In this document: positions 55,324-64,000 of the stretch, piece by piece
Numbering within the stretch: position 1 is the stretch's first letter
Layout of the letters: every line of letters begins with the position of its first letter
Assembly (NCBI GenBank): GCA_036505795.1
Contig: DASXSU010000095.1
Coordinates: 18,242 to 82,241, forward strand
Source of the DNA: Nitrospirales bacterium
Lineage (GTDB): Bacteria > Nitrospirota > Nitrospiria > Nitrospirales > NS-4
Direction: 5' to 3'
Length of the DNA: 64,000 nt
The notes under the pieces: model-generated
Databases searched by the model: none
What the model was told of the DNA's origin: nothing
The model's input: the letters and a program-made list of their open reading frames with translations, nothing else
Made by a program: the position numbers and the translations under genes

Positions 55324-56855
55324 AACACGATCGTGTATTGCAACCGGCCGCGGTTCTCGATCAAGGAGACAGCGCCTGTGCCGGTGTCTGCCGCGCTCAG
55401 CCGAGTCGTAATCACGCCGAAATCCAACTGTAGCTTGTGCTCATGCCCGCTCAGATACCAATTAAGACCACCCACCGCCGACGTGATCGTATCTTGTGTC
55501 CGCATGCTGTCAGGGTCCATGTAACTGTACCGTCCGACGACTTCAATCGCGCGGGGAACCAGGAAATACCCCCCTTGTACATAGTAGCCGGTTGCATTGC
55601 CGATACGCTTCGAATGGTCGCGTGTGTCCACATTGCGAACAAACCCTTCGGCCTGGAGCGACAGGCCTTTGTACTTGAAGACCGCCTCGATTCCACTCGT
55701 CCCGAGATTGACGACCCCTTGATTCAGCAGACGCCCGTTCCCTAACGACGCAATCGCGGTGGACACCTGATTATTGCTTCCAATGCCGGTGGTGTTCGTC
55801 TGTAAACCTGCGTTGTACCCGTAACTTGCGCCGACTCCGAATTGTGGCGTGGCTGAAAACGCCAGGTCGCCTTCAGGATAACCGGGCTTTCCCAACACAT
55901 CGGCCGTCACACGCCCGACGTACATCAGTTCATTGGCATTAGACGGGCTATTGAGGCCCAGTCGGGTCAAGTTAATGCCGACGCCGTTAAACACTCCCAT
56001 GTTGTAGTTGAAGCGGTGCTTAGCCGGGTCGCTGAACACGGTGATCCCTTGATCGCGACGATCGATTCCGTTCGGCACAAACGCCTCGGCCACGAACCCA
56101 CGATCCACAAACTGCAGGAGTGCGGAGGACACAAATTCCTGTCGCCCAAAATGCGTTCGGTACTGGCCGACTTTCAGGTTTGCCCACGACAACTGTCCCA
56201 AAGCGACATACGCATCGTACAGTTGGGTCGTCGAGCGCGACGTGCTGGGCTGCGTCGTCGACCCATTCGTATCGTTCCTGAACTGGACGAAGTACGTGAT
56301 GTCCGGTGAGAACGCAAATCCTTCGAAGACGAGCCTGACGCGACGCACATCCAACTCGCTAATGTCCTCGGCGTGTCGGAGGCCACTAATCGTCCCCGTC
56401 CCCGAGACACTCGGAAAATTCTTGGTGTCGCCGACCGTGTTGTAATTTTTGTTGAAGGCGCTATCGGTGAATCGAAATTGACCGCGAATGCGGATCTTCA
56501 GGCGGAATTTGTCCCTGAACTGGGTATAGAGACCCCGGTCGTATCCGAATTTGATGCCCTTGCCGAGATCCACGGTGTTGTCCTGCTCCGACGCAATCTT
56601 TTCGGTTCGCACGCTAGCGTCGTTCTTCTGAATCGCTGACTGAGATTGGGCGGGTGGCGCCGATAGCTGCTCGGCTTCTTTAATCGCCTCATCATATTCT
56701 TGCTGGGTGATGATTCCTTTCTGAAGCAGGATCTTCAGCGCGGGATCCGCCGCACTTACTGGGGCGACCATAAGGACCGCGGTCAGGCCAGCCGCCAGAA
56801 CCGGAGCGGGCCACAGTCGTCCCACTTTGCGGAATCTCACCTTGAAGTACCCCAT
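55320..56855 (-). CDS. outer-membrane porin (phosphate-selective porin O/P-like)
   Basis: 511 aa with a signal peptide. An N-terminal helical segment (LLQKGIITQQEYDEAIKEAEQL) precedes a long beta-barrel ending RLQYTIVF. Confidence 0.6.
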   Translation of the reverse strand: MGYFKVRFRKVGRLWPAPVLAAGLTAVLMVAPVSAADPALKILLQKGIITQQEYDEAIKEAEQLSAPPAQSQSAIQKNDASVRTEKIASEQDNTVDLGKGIKFGYDRGLYTQFRDKFRLKIRIRGQFRFTDSAFNKNYNTVGDTKNFPSVSGTGTISGLRHAEDISELDVRRVRLVFEGFAFSPDITYFVQFRNDTNGSTTQPSTSRSTTQLYDAYVALGQLSWANLKVGQYRTHFGRQEFVSSALLQFVDRGFVAEAFVPNGIDRRDQGITVFSDPAKHRFNYNMGVFNGVGINLTRLGLNSPSNANELMYVGRVTADVLGKPGYPEGDLAFSATPQFGVGASYGYNAGLQTNTTGIGSNNQVSTAIASLGNGRLLNQGVVNLGTSGIEAVFKYKGLSLQAEGFVRNVDTRDHSKRIGNATGYYVQGGYFLVPRAIEVVGRYSYMDPDSMRTQDTITSAVGGLNWYLSGHEHKLQLDFGVITTRLSAADTGTGAVSLIENRGRLQYTIVF

Positions 56856-56919
56856 GGCCGCCTCCTATTTTTATCAAACTAACTGCATCAACTTACTAAA
56901 CTAATGCACAATAGCAACC

Positions 56920-57825
56920 TTACGGTCCATGGCGGCCACTAGGTGTCACCGGAGTCTGCAGTGCTTCCGCTCGCCTCGCGGCGGGTCTCTGTACCGTGAA
57001 AAAGGTGTATAGCAGATAGGTGTCTAAGACAATGGCGACCAGCATGACGCTGTAGGCCCACGGGCTTTCCATCAATTTCAAATCGATCACCACTCGCGAG
57101 AGACCGAACCCAACGACCCAGGCATCGAAGCTCATGCAGATGCGACGAAATGTCTCGGCATCAAGACGTCGGATAAGATAGGCGCCAAGTGGAATTCCAA
57201 CCAGAACGCTGGGAATAATCATCAATAAGATGCTCTGGCTTTCTGCTGCAAACAGGCCGAGATGGTAATACACGATCGCGGTCAAGCTCGACTCGGCCAC
57301 GCGAATCAATCCGAGACCGGCCCGAAACTCTTTTTTGACAAGGCCTTGATTGTTGAACAAAATTGCCAGGGGCGGGCCGGAAACAGTGGTGACGGAATAG
57401 AGGAAGCCGAGCGCTGTTCCAAAAGGGAGACCGATGAGCCGTTCCGACCGAATCGGCCTTCGGAGACCGGCTGCCTGGACAAGAATGAGTGGAAGCAGAA
57501 CAGTATAGGTGACGAATTTGATCCAGCCGGGATGGAGCGAGGCAAGAAGATAGCTTCCGAGCGCAACACCGGGCGCCAGCCCAATCAGAATGGGAAACAC
57601 CCGTTTCCAAACAGCCGGAACGCTGTCCCGATTGATGAACAGAACATACAAGTTAATGAAGACTTCAATCACAACCAGGGCGGGGTTCAGGATGCGATTC
57701 GTATAGAAAACAAGCGCGACCGGTACGGTCAGCGAGGAAAACCCATAGCCGAGCGCCCCATTGACAAAGGCCGCAAGAAAAGTAATTCCGGCAAGAACGA
57801 TCACAGCGGTATCAAGCGAAGGCAT
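56920..57825 (-). CDS. TauE/SafE (TSUP) family anion exporter
   Basis: 301 aa. The N-terminus VIVLAGITFLAAFVNGALGYGFSSLTVPVAL and the internal repeat of 4-TM units are typical of TSUP. Confidence 0.75.
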   Translation of the reverse strand: MPSLDTAVIVLAGITFLAAFVNGALGYGFSSLTVPVALVFYTNRILNPALVVIEVFINLYVLFINRDSVPAVWKRVFPILIGLAPGVALGSYLLASLHPGWIKFVTYTVLLPLILVQAAGLRRPIRSERLIGLPFGTALGFLYSVTTVSGPPLAILFNNQGLVKKEFRAGLGLIRVAESSLTAIVYYHLGLFAAESQSILLMIIPSVLVGIPLGAYLIRRLDAETFRRICMSFDAWVVGFGLSRVVIDLKLMESPWAYSVMLVAIVLDTYLLYTFFTVQRPAARRAEALQTPVTPSGRHGP

Positions 57826-57838
57826 CGTTAATTCTCCG

Positions 57839-58306
57839 TTACCGGCCGGCAGTCACACGGCGCACGTTTGATCGACGCGATCTTGGCATCCCAGAAATGA
57901 AATTCTCGAGGCTATAGTTATCCAAAATATCGGCGATGGCATTGCGTACGCTCCCCATCACGTGCTGTAACGGGCAATAGGCTTTCTTCGTATAGGGGCA
58001 GTCCTGGCACTTTTGATACGCCGTCTTGCTCACGCACGCGATCGGCGCAAGGGGACCATCGAGAATACGGATCACCTGACCGAGCGTGACCTGGGATGGC
58101 GGCTTGATGAGCGCATAGCCTCCTTGCACGCCTCGAGTGCTGGCTAACAGCCCCGCATGCTTCAGACGCAACAAGATCTGCTCGAGAAAGACAACCGGCA
58201 CGTTTTGCCGGTCGCCGATCTGCTGCCGCGTGATTGGATGCCCGTAGTTCTTGGTCAGCTCGATCAGGGCCCGCAGTCCGTATTCGCTTTTCTTCGAGAA
58301 CCTCAT
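57839..58306 (-). CDS. Rrf2-family transcriptional regulator
   Basis: 155 aa. MRFSKKSEYGLRALIELT...LEQILLRLKHAGLLASTRGVQGGYAL is followed by Cys residues (CVS...CQDC...C) downstream. Confidence 0.85.
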   Translation of the reverse strand: MRFSKKSEYGLRALIELTKNYGHPITRQQIGDRQNVPVVFLEQILLRLKHAGLLASTRGVQGGYALIKPPSQVTLGQVIRILDGPLAPIACVSKTAYQKCQDCPYTKKAYCPLQHVMGSVRNAIADILDNYSLENFISGMPRSRRSNVRRVTAGR

Positions 58307-58394
58307 GCGTCGCCCGCCGCCTAATGTTTAGTAAACCAGTCGACAAAGTACACATTAGGCCCGGCGCATGTCAAGTGAAATCTGTTGGAGCGTT

Positions 58395-58847
58395 CTATAG
58401 GCGTAAGGGCTTGATCTGCGCGAGCACCGCCTCCGGTCGCTCGCGCCAAATCGCGGGATCGGCGTCTACGTAGAGTTCCACTTCGTTGCCGTCGGGGTCG
58501 GCCAGGTACAAGCTTTGGCTGACCGTGTGATCGCTCATCCCGGTGGTCACGACACCCGCCCGATCCAGTTCCGCTTTTGCCGCTCGGAGGGCATCCAGAG
58601 AATCGCCGATTTTAATACCGATGTGATAAAGGCCCAACTTCGGAGCGGATGACACCGGCCGCGGGGCGGCATCCTCGATTTCAATCAGGAGCAGTTCATG
58701 GTGCGTGCGTCCGGATGTCAATGCCGCCGCCTTTCCGCCGAATGTGCGGCCGACTTCCCGGAATCCCACCAAATCCCGATAGAACGCCAAGGAGCGCTCC
58801 ACGTCTTTCACGTAAAACACCACATGACCCAGATACTGCGCCTTCAT
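58395..58847 (-). CDS. glyoxalase/bleomycin-resistance/dioxygenase (VOC) family protein
   Basis: The ATG at 58847 gives MKAQYLGHVVFYVKDVERSLAFYRDLVGF...HHELLLIE...LYHIGIKI...LYLADPDGNEVELY. Confidence 0.75.
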   Translation of the reverse strand: MKAQYLGHVVFYVKDVERSLAFYRDLVGFREVGRTFGGKAAALTSGRTHHELLLIEIEDAAPRPVSSAPKLGLYHIGIKIGDSLDALRAAKAELDRAGVVTTGMSDHTVSQSLYLADPDGNEVELYVDADPAIWRERPEAVLAQIKPLRL

Positions 58848-58857
58848 GGCCGGGTCC

Positions 58858-59229
58858 TCATTTCTCGATGTCCATGTCATGCTCTTTCCAGCTTCGAAAT
58901 CCGCCTTCCAGTTCCATCACCGGATAGCCTTTCGAAGCGAATTCCAGAGCCGCGGCAGCCGCCAGGTGGCACACTTGAGAGTAACAACAGAGGGCATTGG
59001 TCTTGTCCTTACGCAAGCCCTCGAGCGTCTGCCATTTATCCTTGGGAAGATTCACGGCCCCCGGGATGTGACCCTCGGCATAGTCCTCCGCCGCGCGCAC
59101 GTCGACAACATTGACCTTCCCTTGTTTCATCATGCGTTCCAGTTCGACTGGGCCGGTAGTAAAGGCCATCTTGGCTTCGAAGTATTCCTTCGCTTTCTGC
59201 GTGTTCCCCGTCAGCGTGTTTGTATCCAT
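58858..59229 (-). CDS. single-domain rhodanese-like sulfurtransferase
   Basis: 123 aa. VNVVDVRAAEDYAEGHIPGAVNLP is followed by the active-site loop CYSQVCHLAAAAA and then GGFRSW. Confidence 0.75.
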   Translation of the reverse strand: MDTNTLTGNTQKAKEYFEAKMAFTTGPVELERMMKQGKVNVVDVRAAEDYAEGHIPGAVNLPKDKWQTLEGLRKDKTNALCCYSQVCHLAAAAALEFASKGYPVMELEGGFRSWKEHDMDIEK

Positions 59230-59249
59230 GGTTGCTCCTCCCCGGTTAT

Positions 59250-59981
59250 TTATTGAAGACCCGTATCCATCTCCCAGATCAAGACTTCCGCGCCGGAGAC
59301 TGCATCCGCGGTGAGCTGGGGAGAACCGGCAGCCGCCAACCGTACAGCATCGCCGCTATTCAACAATCCGGCGCCTTCCAACTGCGCCGCACCCCGCGCG
59401 ATGAAGATATGAGCGTAGGGCGCATCCGGGATCAGTATGGTCTCGCCCGGCTTGAGTCGGCCTCCCCACAGGACCGCCCCGCGCTGACGGATGGAGATGG
59501 CCGCGTCGTGGCCCCGACCCGACGCGATCGGCACCAACCCTCCTTTTTCCAGATGGCTGTTGATATCGACCTGCTCATAGCTGGGGCTGATCCGTTCCGT
59601 GTCCGGAACGACCCACATCTGCACCAGGTGGACCTCCTTCTCCTTACTGGGATTCATCTCTGAATGCCAGATCCCGCTGCCCGCGCTCATGCGCTGCGCG
59701 AGTCCGGGATAGATCACGCCGGTATTGCCGACCGAATCTTTATGCTCCACCTCCCCGCTCAATACCCACGTGATGATCTCCATATCCTGGTGCGGATGGG
59801 TCCGAAATCCGGTTTCCGCAGCAATGACGTCGTCATTGCTGACCAGCAACAGTCCATGGTGCGTATTCTGCGGATCGTAGTGATCGGCGAAGCTGAAACT
59901 GTGGTACGAATCCAACCAACCGGCGCGTGTGTGAAACCGTTCGTCGCGTCGTCGAATGTCCATCATGGCTGTCTTCATCAC
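59250..59981 (-). CDS. pirin-family protein
   Basis: 243 aa. GFRTHPHQDMEIITWVLSGEVEHKDSVGN and MSAGSGIWHSEMN form the bicupin metal site. Confidence 0.85.
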   Translation of the reverse strand: MMKTAMMDIRRRDERFHTRAGWLDSYHSFSFADHYDPQNTHHGLLLVSNDDVIAAETGFRTHPHQDMEIITWVLSGEVEHKDSVGNTGVIYPGLAQRMSAGSGIWHSEMNPSKEKEVHLVQMWVVPDTERISPSYEQVDINSHLEKGGLVPIASGRGHDAAISIRQRGAVLWGGRLKPGETILIPDAPYAHIFIARGAAQLEGAGLLNSGDAVRLAAAGSPQLTADAVSGAEVLIWEMDTGLQ

Positions 59982-60021
59982 ATGCCTCCTTTCCGGTCAT
60001 TTCCAATAGTCGCGGCGAGGC

Positions 60022-60471
60022 TCATATCCTGATGCCCCGCGCCACCACCCGGTCCACCGACGATCGGCCGGCACCCCAGATCATAAGGACAATGGTGATT
60101 CCAATGACCAAAAGGTGGTACTCGAAGCCTTCGCCCGGCTGGTTCCCACCCCAGTTCATGAAAAACCCGTTGGGCCAGTGCACCATGGCAATAGCGACCA
60201 CCATAATGCAGAAAATGCCGAATGCGGCCAGTCGGGTAAGGAAGCCGACGATCAACCCAACGCTACCCAACGACTCGGCCATGATGACAAGGAACGCGAG
60301 TACAGCAGGGATCCCCATTTTTTGCGTGAACATGTTCATCGTTCCGGCAAAGCCATAGCCGCCGAACCACCCCAAGAGCTTCTGAGCACCGTGTGGAAAC
60401 ATCACCAGCCCCAGCGTCACCCGCAAGATGAGCTGAGCCCAGTCATCGGTGGTTTCAAAAAGCTTTCTCAT
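60022..60471 (-). CDS. DoxX-family membrane protein
   Basis: 149 aa. [25 protein letters not shown] is followed by four TM helices. Confidence 0.8.
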   Translation of the reverse strand: MRKLFETTDDWAQLILRVTLGLVMFPHGAQKLLGWFGGYGFAGTMNMFTQKMGIPAVLAFLVIMAESLGSVGLIVGFLTRLAAFGIFCIMVVAIAMVHWPNGFFMNWGGNQPGEGFEYHLLVIGITIVLMIWGAGRSSVDRVVARGIRI

Positions 60472-60487
60472 GACCGTTCTCCTTTCG

Positions 60488-60964
60488 TCATTTCTGCGAA
60501 AAGCTTTCCTTCAGGCGGAGAAGAAGCGTTCGTAATTGGTCCATGTCGCGGGCCGTCAACGCCTGCTCAAAATACGGCTTCATATACGAGATATGCGCAG
60601 GGAAGACCCTGTCAAATACAGCCTTACCCTTTGATGTAAGCCGTATAATCGTACTTCGCCGATCTTCTTTTGAGGGAATTCGCTCAATCTCCCCCCGCGC
60701 CTCTAACCGGTCCAGCACCCCGGTGAGGGTCCCCTTCGTGACCAACGTCTTCTCTGAAAGCTCCCTGCACGGCATACCGGGCGTATCGCCCAACGTCGCG
60801 ATGACGTCAAACTGCGGCGATGTCAATCCCAATAACCGGATGTGGCGGTCATCCTTTCTTACAAATGCGAAATAGGTCTCCACGAGCGGCCGTAATATTT
60901 GCAAAAACGGCTCGTCACCCGGATCTTCGGCCTTTGCTCGATGGACCCTGCGTGCCCTTGGCAT
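60488..60964 (-). CDS. MarR-family transcriptional regulator
   Basis: The ATG at 60964 is preferred over the TTG at 61000. [43 protein letters not shown] and [13 protein letters not shown] form the winged HTH. Confidence 0.8.
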   Translation of the reverse strand: MPRARRVHRAKAEDPGDEPFLQILRPLVETYFAFVRKDDRHIRLLGLTSPQFDVIATLGDTPGMPCRELSEKTLVTKGTLTGVLDRLEARGEIERIPSKEDRRSTIIRLTSKGKAVFDRVFPAHISYMKPYFEQALTARDMDQLRTLLLRLKESFSQK

Positions 60965-61223
60965 AGACAGAAATATAGTACTAGTTAGTACGATTGTCAA
61001 GCCGTAAGCAGGGGGCAGATTTAGGAGTTATGTGTAGGATTCAGGCAAGCGATGGCTGAAAGTCGATAGCCGTCTTCACATCATGCGGCTGGCGTTGGAG
61101 CGCCAGCGCTCAGTCTCTCAGCGGGAGGCGCCAACCGCCTGAATTCGCGAATCGATTTAGACCGCAAAATGGGGCATAGAGCGAAAGCTATTCTTCGTTC
61201 GAGATAAGAAGGCCGTTGTCACG

Positions 61224-62216
61224 TTAGTGAAAAAGTTGCAGCGCGAGATTCACGACATACGCCACAAGCCCCGCGCCCGGGAGGGTAAAAATCCAGGCAT
61301 AGATGATCCGCAAACTTACACCCCACTTGACGGCGGACAGGCGCGTGACTGCGCCGACGCCCATAATGGAGGACGTGATGGTATGCGTGGTGCTGACCGG
61401 CATGCCGAAATGCGCCGTGCCCAGCAGAATCACCGCCGCGCTCGTCTCGGCCGCAAAGCCATGCACCGGCTCCATCTTGATGATTCGCATTCCGAGCGTG
61501 CGAATGATCCGCCAGCCTCCCGCGGCAGTCCCCACGCCCATCGCGAGAGCACATGATAGGATGACCCAGGTCGGCACGATCATGTGGTCGAGCTGCCCGG
61601 CCGAAACCAGCGCGAGCGTGATAATGCCCATTGCCTTTTGCGCGTCGTTCGCTCCATGGCTGAAGGCCATCAGGCTCGCCGATAGCAATTGCAGTCGCCG
61701 GAAAGATCGGTTGGCAAGGCCCCGCGGCACGCGAAAGACTGCCCAATACACACCGAGAATAAACAAATATCCAAAGATGAAGCCCATGAGCGGCGAGAAC
61801 AACAGCGCTTCGAGGACGGCCCGAAGGCCGGATAACTTGATCGAGGTCCAGCCGTTTTGCGCCAATGCGGCGCCGATGATGCCGCCGATCAAGGCGTGCG
61901 ACGAGCTGCTCGGGAGACCAAGCCTCAAGGTGAACAGATTCCATGAAATCGCTCCTACCAACGCCGCGATCACCGTGAATTGATTGATCAGCGTGGGTTC
62001 AACAATTCCGCCTCCTATCATTTTCGCCACGGCCGTGGACATGAACGCGCCGGCAACATTCAAAATAGCAGCCAACATGACCGCTTGACCCGGCGACAGG
62101 ACATGAGTGGAGACCACCGTGGCAATGGCATTGGCGCTGTCATGCCAGCCGTTCGAGAAATCGAACAGCAGCGCCAAAACCACGACTAGAACCAGGATCA
62201 GGCTTGGGTCAAACAT
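61224..62216 (-). CDS. pit: inorganic phosphate transporter, PiT family
   Basis: 330 aa. The two PiT signature repeats are LLFDFSNGWHDSANAIATVVST and the second-half AFSHGANDAQKAMG. Confidence 0.88.
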   Translation of the reverse strand: MFDPSLILVLVVVLALLFDFSNGWHDSANAIATVVSTHVLSPGQAVMLAAILNVAGAFMSTAVAKMIGGGIVEPTLINQFTVIAALVGAISWNLFTLRLGLPSSSSHALIGGIIGAALAQNGWTSIKLSGLRAVLEALLFSPLMGFIFGYLFILGVYWAVFRVPRGLANRSFRRLQLLSASLMAFSHGANDAQKAMGIITLALVSAGQLDHMIVPTWVILSCALAMGVGTAAGGWRIIRTLGMRIIKMEPVHGFAAETSAAVILLGTAHFGMPVSTTHTITSSIMGVGAVTRLSAVKWGVSLRIIYAWIFTLPGAGLVAYVVNLALQLFH

Positions 62217-62259
62217 CCTCAGCGGCGGGTACTACGTGCGATACGAACACCGAGTCGAA

Positions 62260-62880
62260 TCAGACATGCTTCAGCAGAATACGCTCCAGAACGTTCGCCA
62301 CGTCCTCGCAGCGGTCGGTTGTTTCTTCCAGACTCTCATAGATCTCTTTCCATTTAAGGACCGTGATGGCATCCCGCTCATTTTCAAACAGCCTGGCGAT
62401 TGCGTCTCGCGTAATACGGTCCGCCTCATTCTCGAGGCTATTCACGCTGACGAAGGTCGCATTTAAGTCTGTGACTTTTCCCAGTTGAGCGATGCCTCGT
62501 CCCAGCTCTTCAGAGGACCGGTAGATGATGTCGGCCAAGCTGATGGCTTCCTGGGTTGGCTTTTCGATTTTGAACACGACCATTTGATCAGCCGTGGCCT
62601 CGACCAAATCCAGCACATCGTCGATGCAACTGGCCAAGGCATAGATGTCTTCCCGATCTATCGGCGTAATGAAGGTCTGATTGAGGTTTCGGAAGATTCT
62701 ATGGGTGATGGTATCTCCAGCCGATTCGATTCGTTTGATCTCGCGGGCCTTCTCTTCGATATCGCGAAAGGCTTCCAGCATCTCTTTGAGCAGGCGGCTG
62801 CCGACGACCATGTTCTGCGCCGCTTCATGAAACATGTCGAAGAAGTCCAGTTTACGGGGGAACAAGCTAAAACTGAACAT
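62260..62880 (-). CDS. DUF47/PhoU-like Pit accessory protein
   Basis: The ATG at 62880 gives MFSFSLFPRKLDFFDMFHEAAQN...IKRIESAGDTITHRIFRNLNQTFITPIDREDI...LENEADRI. It forms the usual pair with pit. Confidence 0.8.
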   Translation of the reverse strand: MFSFSLFPRKLDFFDMFHEAAQNMVVGSRLLKEMLEAFRDIEEKAREIKRIESAGDTITHRIFRNLNQTFITPIDREDIYALASCIDDVLDLVEATADQMVVFKIEKPTQEAISLADIIYRSSEELGRGIAQLGKVTDLNATFVSVNSLENEADRITRDAIARLFENERDAITVLKWKEIYESLEETTDRCEDVANVLERILLKHV

Positions 62881-63266
62881 CCGCGCTCCTGAATAGTAAT
62901 AGTGAAGGGGGCTGGACCGGCCGAGTGTACCGATGTTGTTCGCACAAATCAATGACAGGAATCACAAAGCTTCTGCTATTCTACCGTTCCTATGACCAGA
63001 AGGGCCTTGGTCTATAATAAGACACGGTAGAATCATCGACATGCGCGGCTGTATTGTCCTCCTAGGCGCCTCAGTACTTCTGATATATACACATTGCACC
63101 CACCCCAAGCCTGCCAAGACAGGCTCTTCACCCGTAATCCCGTTTTCACCATCAAGATGTTCAAGGTCTGGCCAAAGCCACCCCGGTATGCTCGCTCATT
63201 TCCCTTTTGGGATCGATGGATCTATCCGTTCGATGACTCCCGGACGTATCCTTATTGGAGCAGCTA

Positions 63267-63980
63267 TTAATCCGCCTGAAGCTCTAGCAGCAGTTGATCC
63301 GCCGCCGCCGTGAATGCGATCTTCCCCAACTCCGCGAACGGATCCCCTTCCACGACCGTGAATGGCCCGGTCGTAGTTTGCGTTCTATAGTAGACTCGGG
63401 GATAGCCGATAGTCCTCGGCACGTCCCGGCGTTGCGCGAGAATGTAATCTTCCTGGCCTGCCGCCGTGAGGAGGATCCGGCTGGCGTTAAGGTCTACGAG
63501 AACCGCGTCCATTCGGGCGAACAGCTGGGTCTCAATGATTGGGTACTCCTGCACGCGCTGCGCCGATTGTGAGCTGGGGATTAAAACCAGAAGATGCTGC
63601 AGGCCGGTCTCTTTGCCGATCTGGCGCAATCGCTCCAGCGTAAGAGCACCCTTGCCGTCTCCCGGAAGAACGATCGGCGACGCAATCGAGCTGATCGCAA
63701 CCTTCGTGCTATGCAGGTTCGTTCGCACACGCTCCACCAACTCCTTCTGCGCAACAGGTATCAATGCGGTCGGCTTCGCCGCCTCGGTTTCGGGGATGGC
63801 CAGGACTACCGCAGCGGGTATCGGCGCCTTTTGGGGCGGGCCTGCGGGGGCTGTCGAAAACCCAGCGAGGTAGTCGCTCGCACGCAAGCCGGTTGCTGAG
63901 CATCCGGTGAGGCCCGAGACCGCGATCACGAGCATCACGACCGAGAACGTCTTAAGCCAGCGATCGGACATCCTATTCAT
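63267..63980 (-). CDS. hypothetical lipoprotein
   Basis: 237 aa with a signal peptide and lipobox (MLVIAVSGLTGCSA). No family recognised. Confidence 0.5.
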   Translation of the reverse strand: MNRMSDRWLKTFSVVMLVIAVSGLTGCSATGLRASDYLAGFSTAPAGPPQKAPIPAAVVLAIPETEAAKPTALIPVAQKELVERVRTNLHSTKVAISSIASPIVLPGDGKGALTLERLRQIGKETGLQHLLVLIPSSQSAQRVQEYPIIETQLFARMDAVLVDLNASRILLTAAGQEDYILAQRRDVPRTIGYPRVYYRTQTTTGPFTVVEGDPFAELGKIAFTAAADQLLLELQAD

Positions 63981-64000
63981 AGGCTCCTCACATTACTCCT

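Noticed and set aside
61219-61983. 241-aa - strand alternative-frame ORF and 226-aa + strand ORF overlapping pit
   Set aside because: The PiT frame carries both GANDxxK-type signature repeats. The alternatives are Arg/Gly/His-rich with no membrane character.
1-64000. Whole-window scan for CRISPR arrays, IS/transposase or integrase genes, prophage genes, rRNA, and defence islands (Lhr helicase plus the Rhs fragment were considered)
   Set aside because: I found no direct-repeat/spacer periodicity, no transposase or integrase-like ORFs and no phage structural genes. Lhr is the full-length housekeeping type, with no nuclease or effector partner. The Rhs piece is a remnant. The window reads as core chromosome.

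Overview
GC-rich (by eye, not computed) chromosomal window with about 58 protein genes and one tRNA. I saw no rRNA, CRISPR array, IS element or prophage. The gene content suggests a Nitrospirota-like organism (inference only): Rieske/cytochrome b plus cytochrome bd-like oxidases, hopanoid genes, many PilZ and two-component proteins.

Main blocks:
- 1-7633 (-): one tightly packed respiratory operon. Order is lipoprotein cyt c, bd-like oxidase A, membrane cyt c, PRC-barrel-fused Rieske, cytochrome b, unknown membrane protein, bd-like oxidase B. Oxidase B is missing from the ORF track because it runs off the window edge.
- 9381-9896: a decayed Rhs/YD fragment.
- 10050-17548 (-): a 976-aa sensor kinase with a duplicated 7TM module, then two unusual PilZ-fused enzymes. 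One is PilZ plus a heme-oxygenase-like diiron oxidase. The other is PilZ-PilZ plus a LuxD-like acyltransferase plus a SAM methyltransferase. This pair is my top candidate for an undescribed system.
- 19294-20310: hpnH.
- 21164-25247 (+): a four-gene phosphorelay.
- 27426-31703: lhr.
- 32470-34568: a translationally coupled metallopeptidase-like/ATP-grasp pair.
- 35905-45466 (-): tRNA-Cys, ispG, two outer-membrane barrel proteins, mlaC, mlaD-F-E, hpnG and shc as one co-directional string. It looks like a hopanoid synthesis and trafficking unit.
- 45627-49190: smc.
- 50841-52358: a small secreted repeat-domain family.
- 52384-63980: stress, sulfur and phosphate housekeeping genes (DksA-like, class V aminotransferase, ChaN-like, porin, TauE, Rrf2, MarR-DoxX-pirin-rhodanese-VOC operon, PiT/DUF47).

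All functional calls rest on motifs I recognised in the translations. No database search was run.
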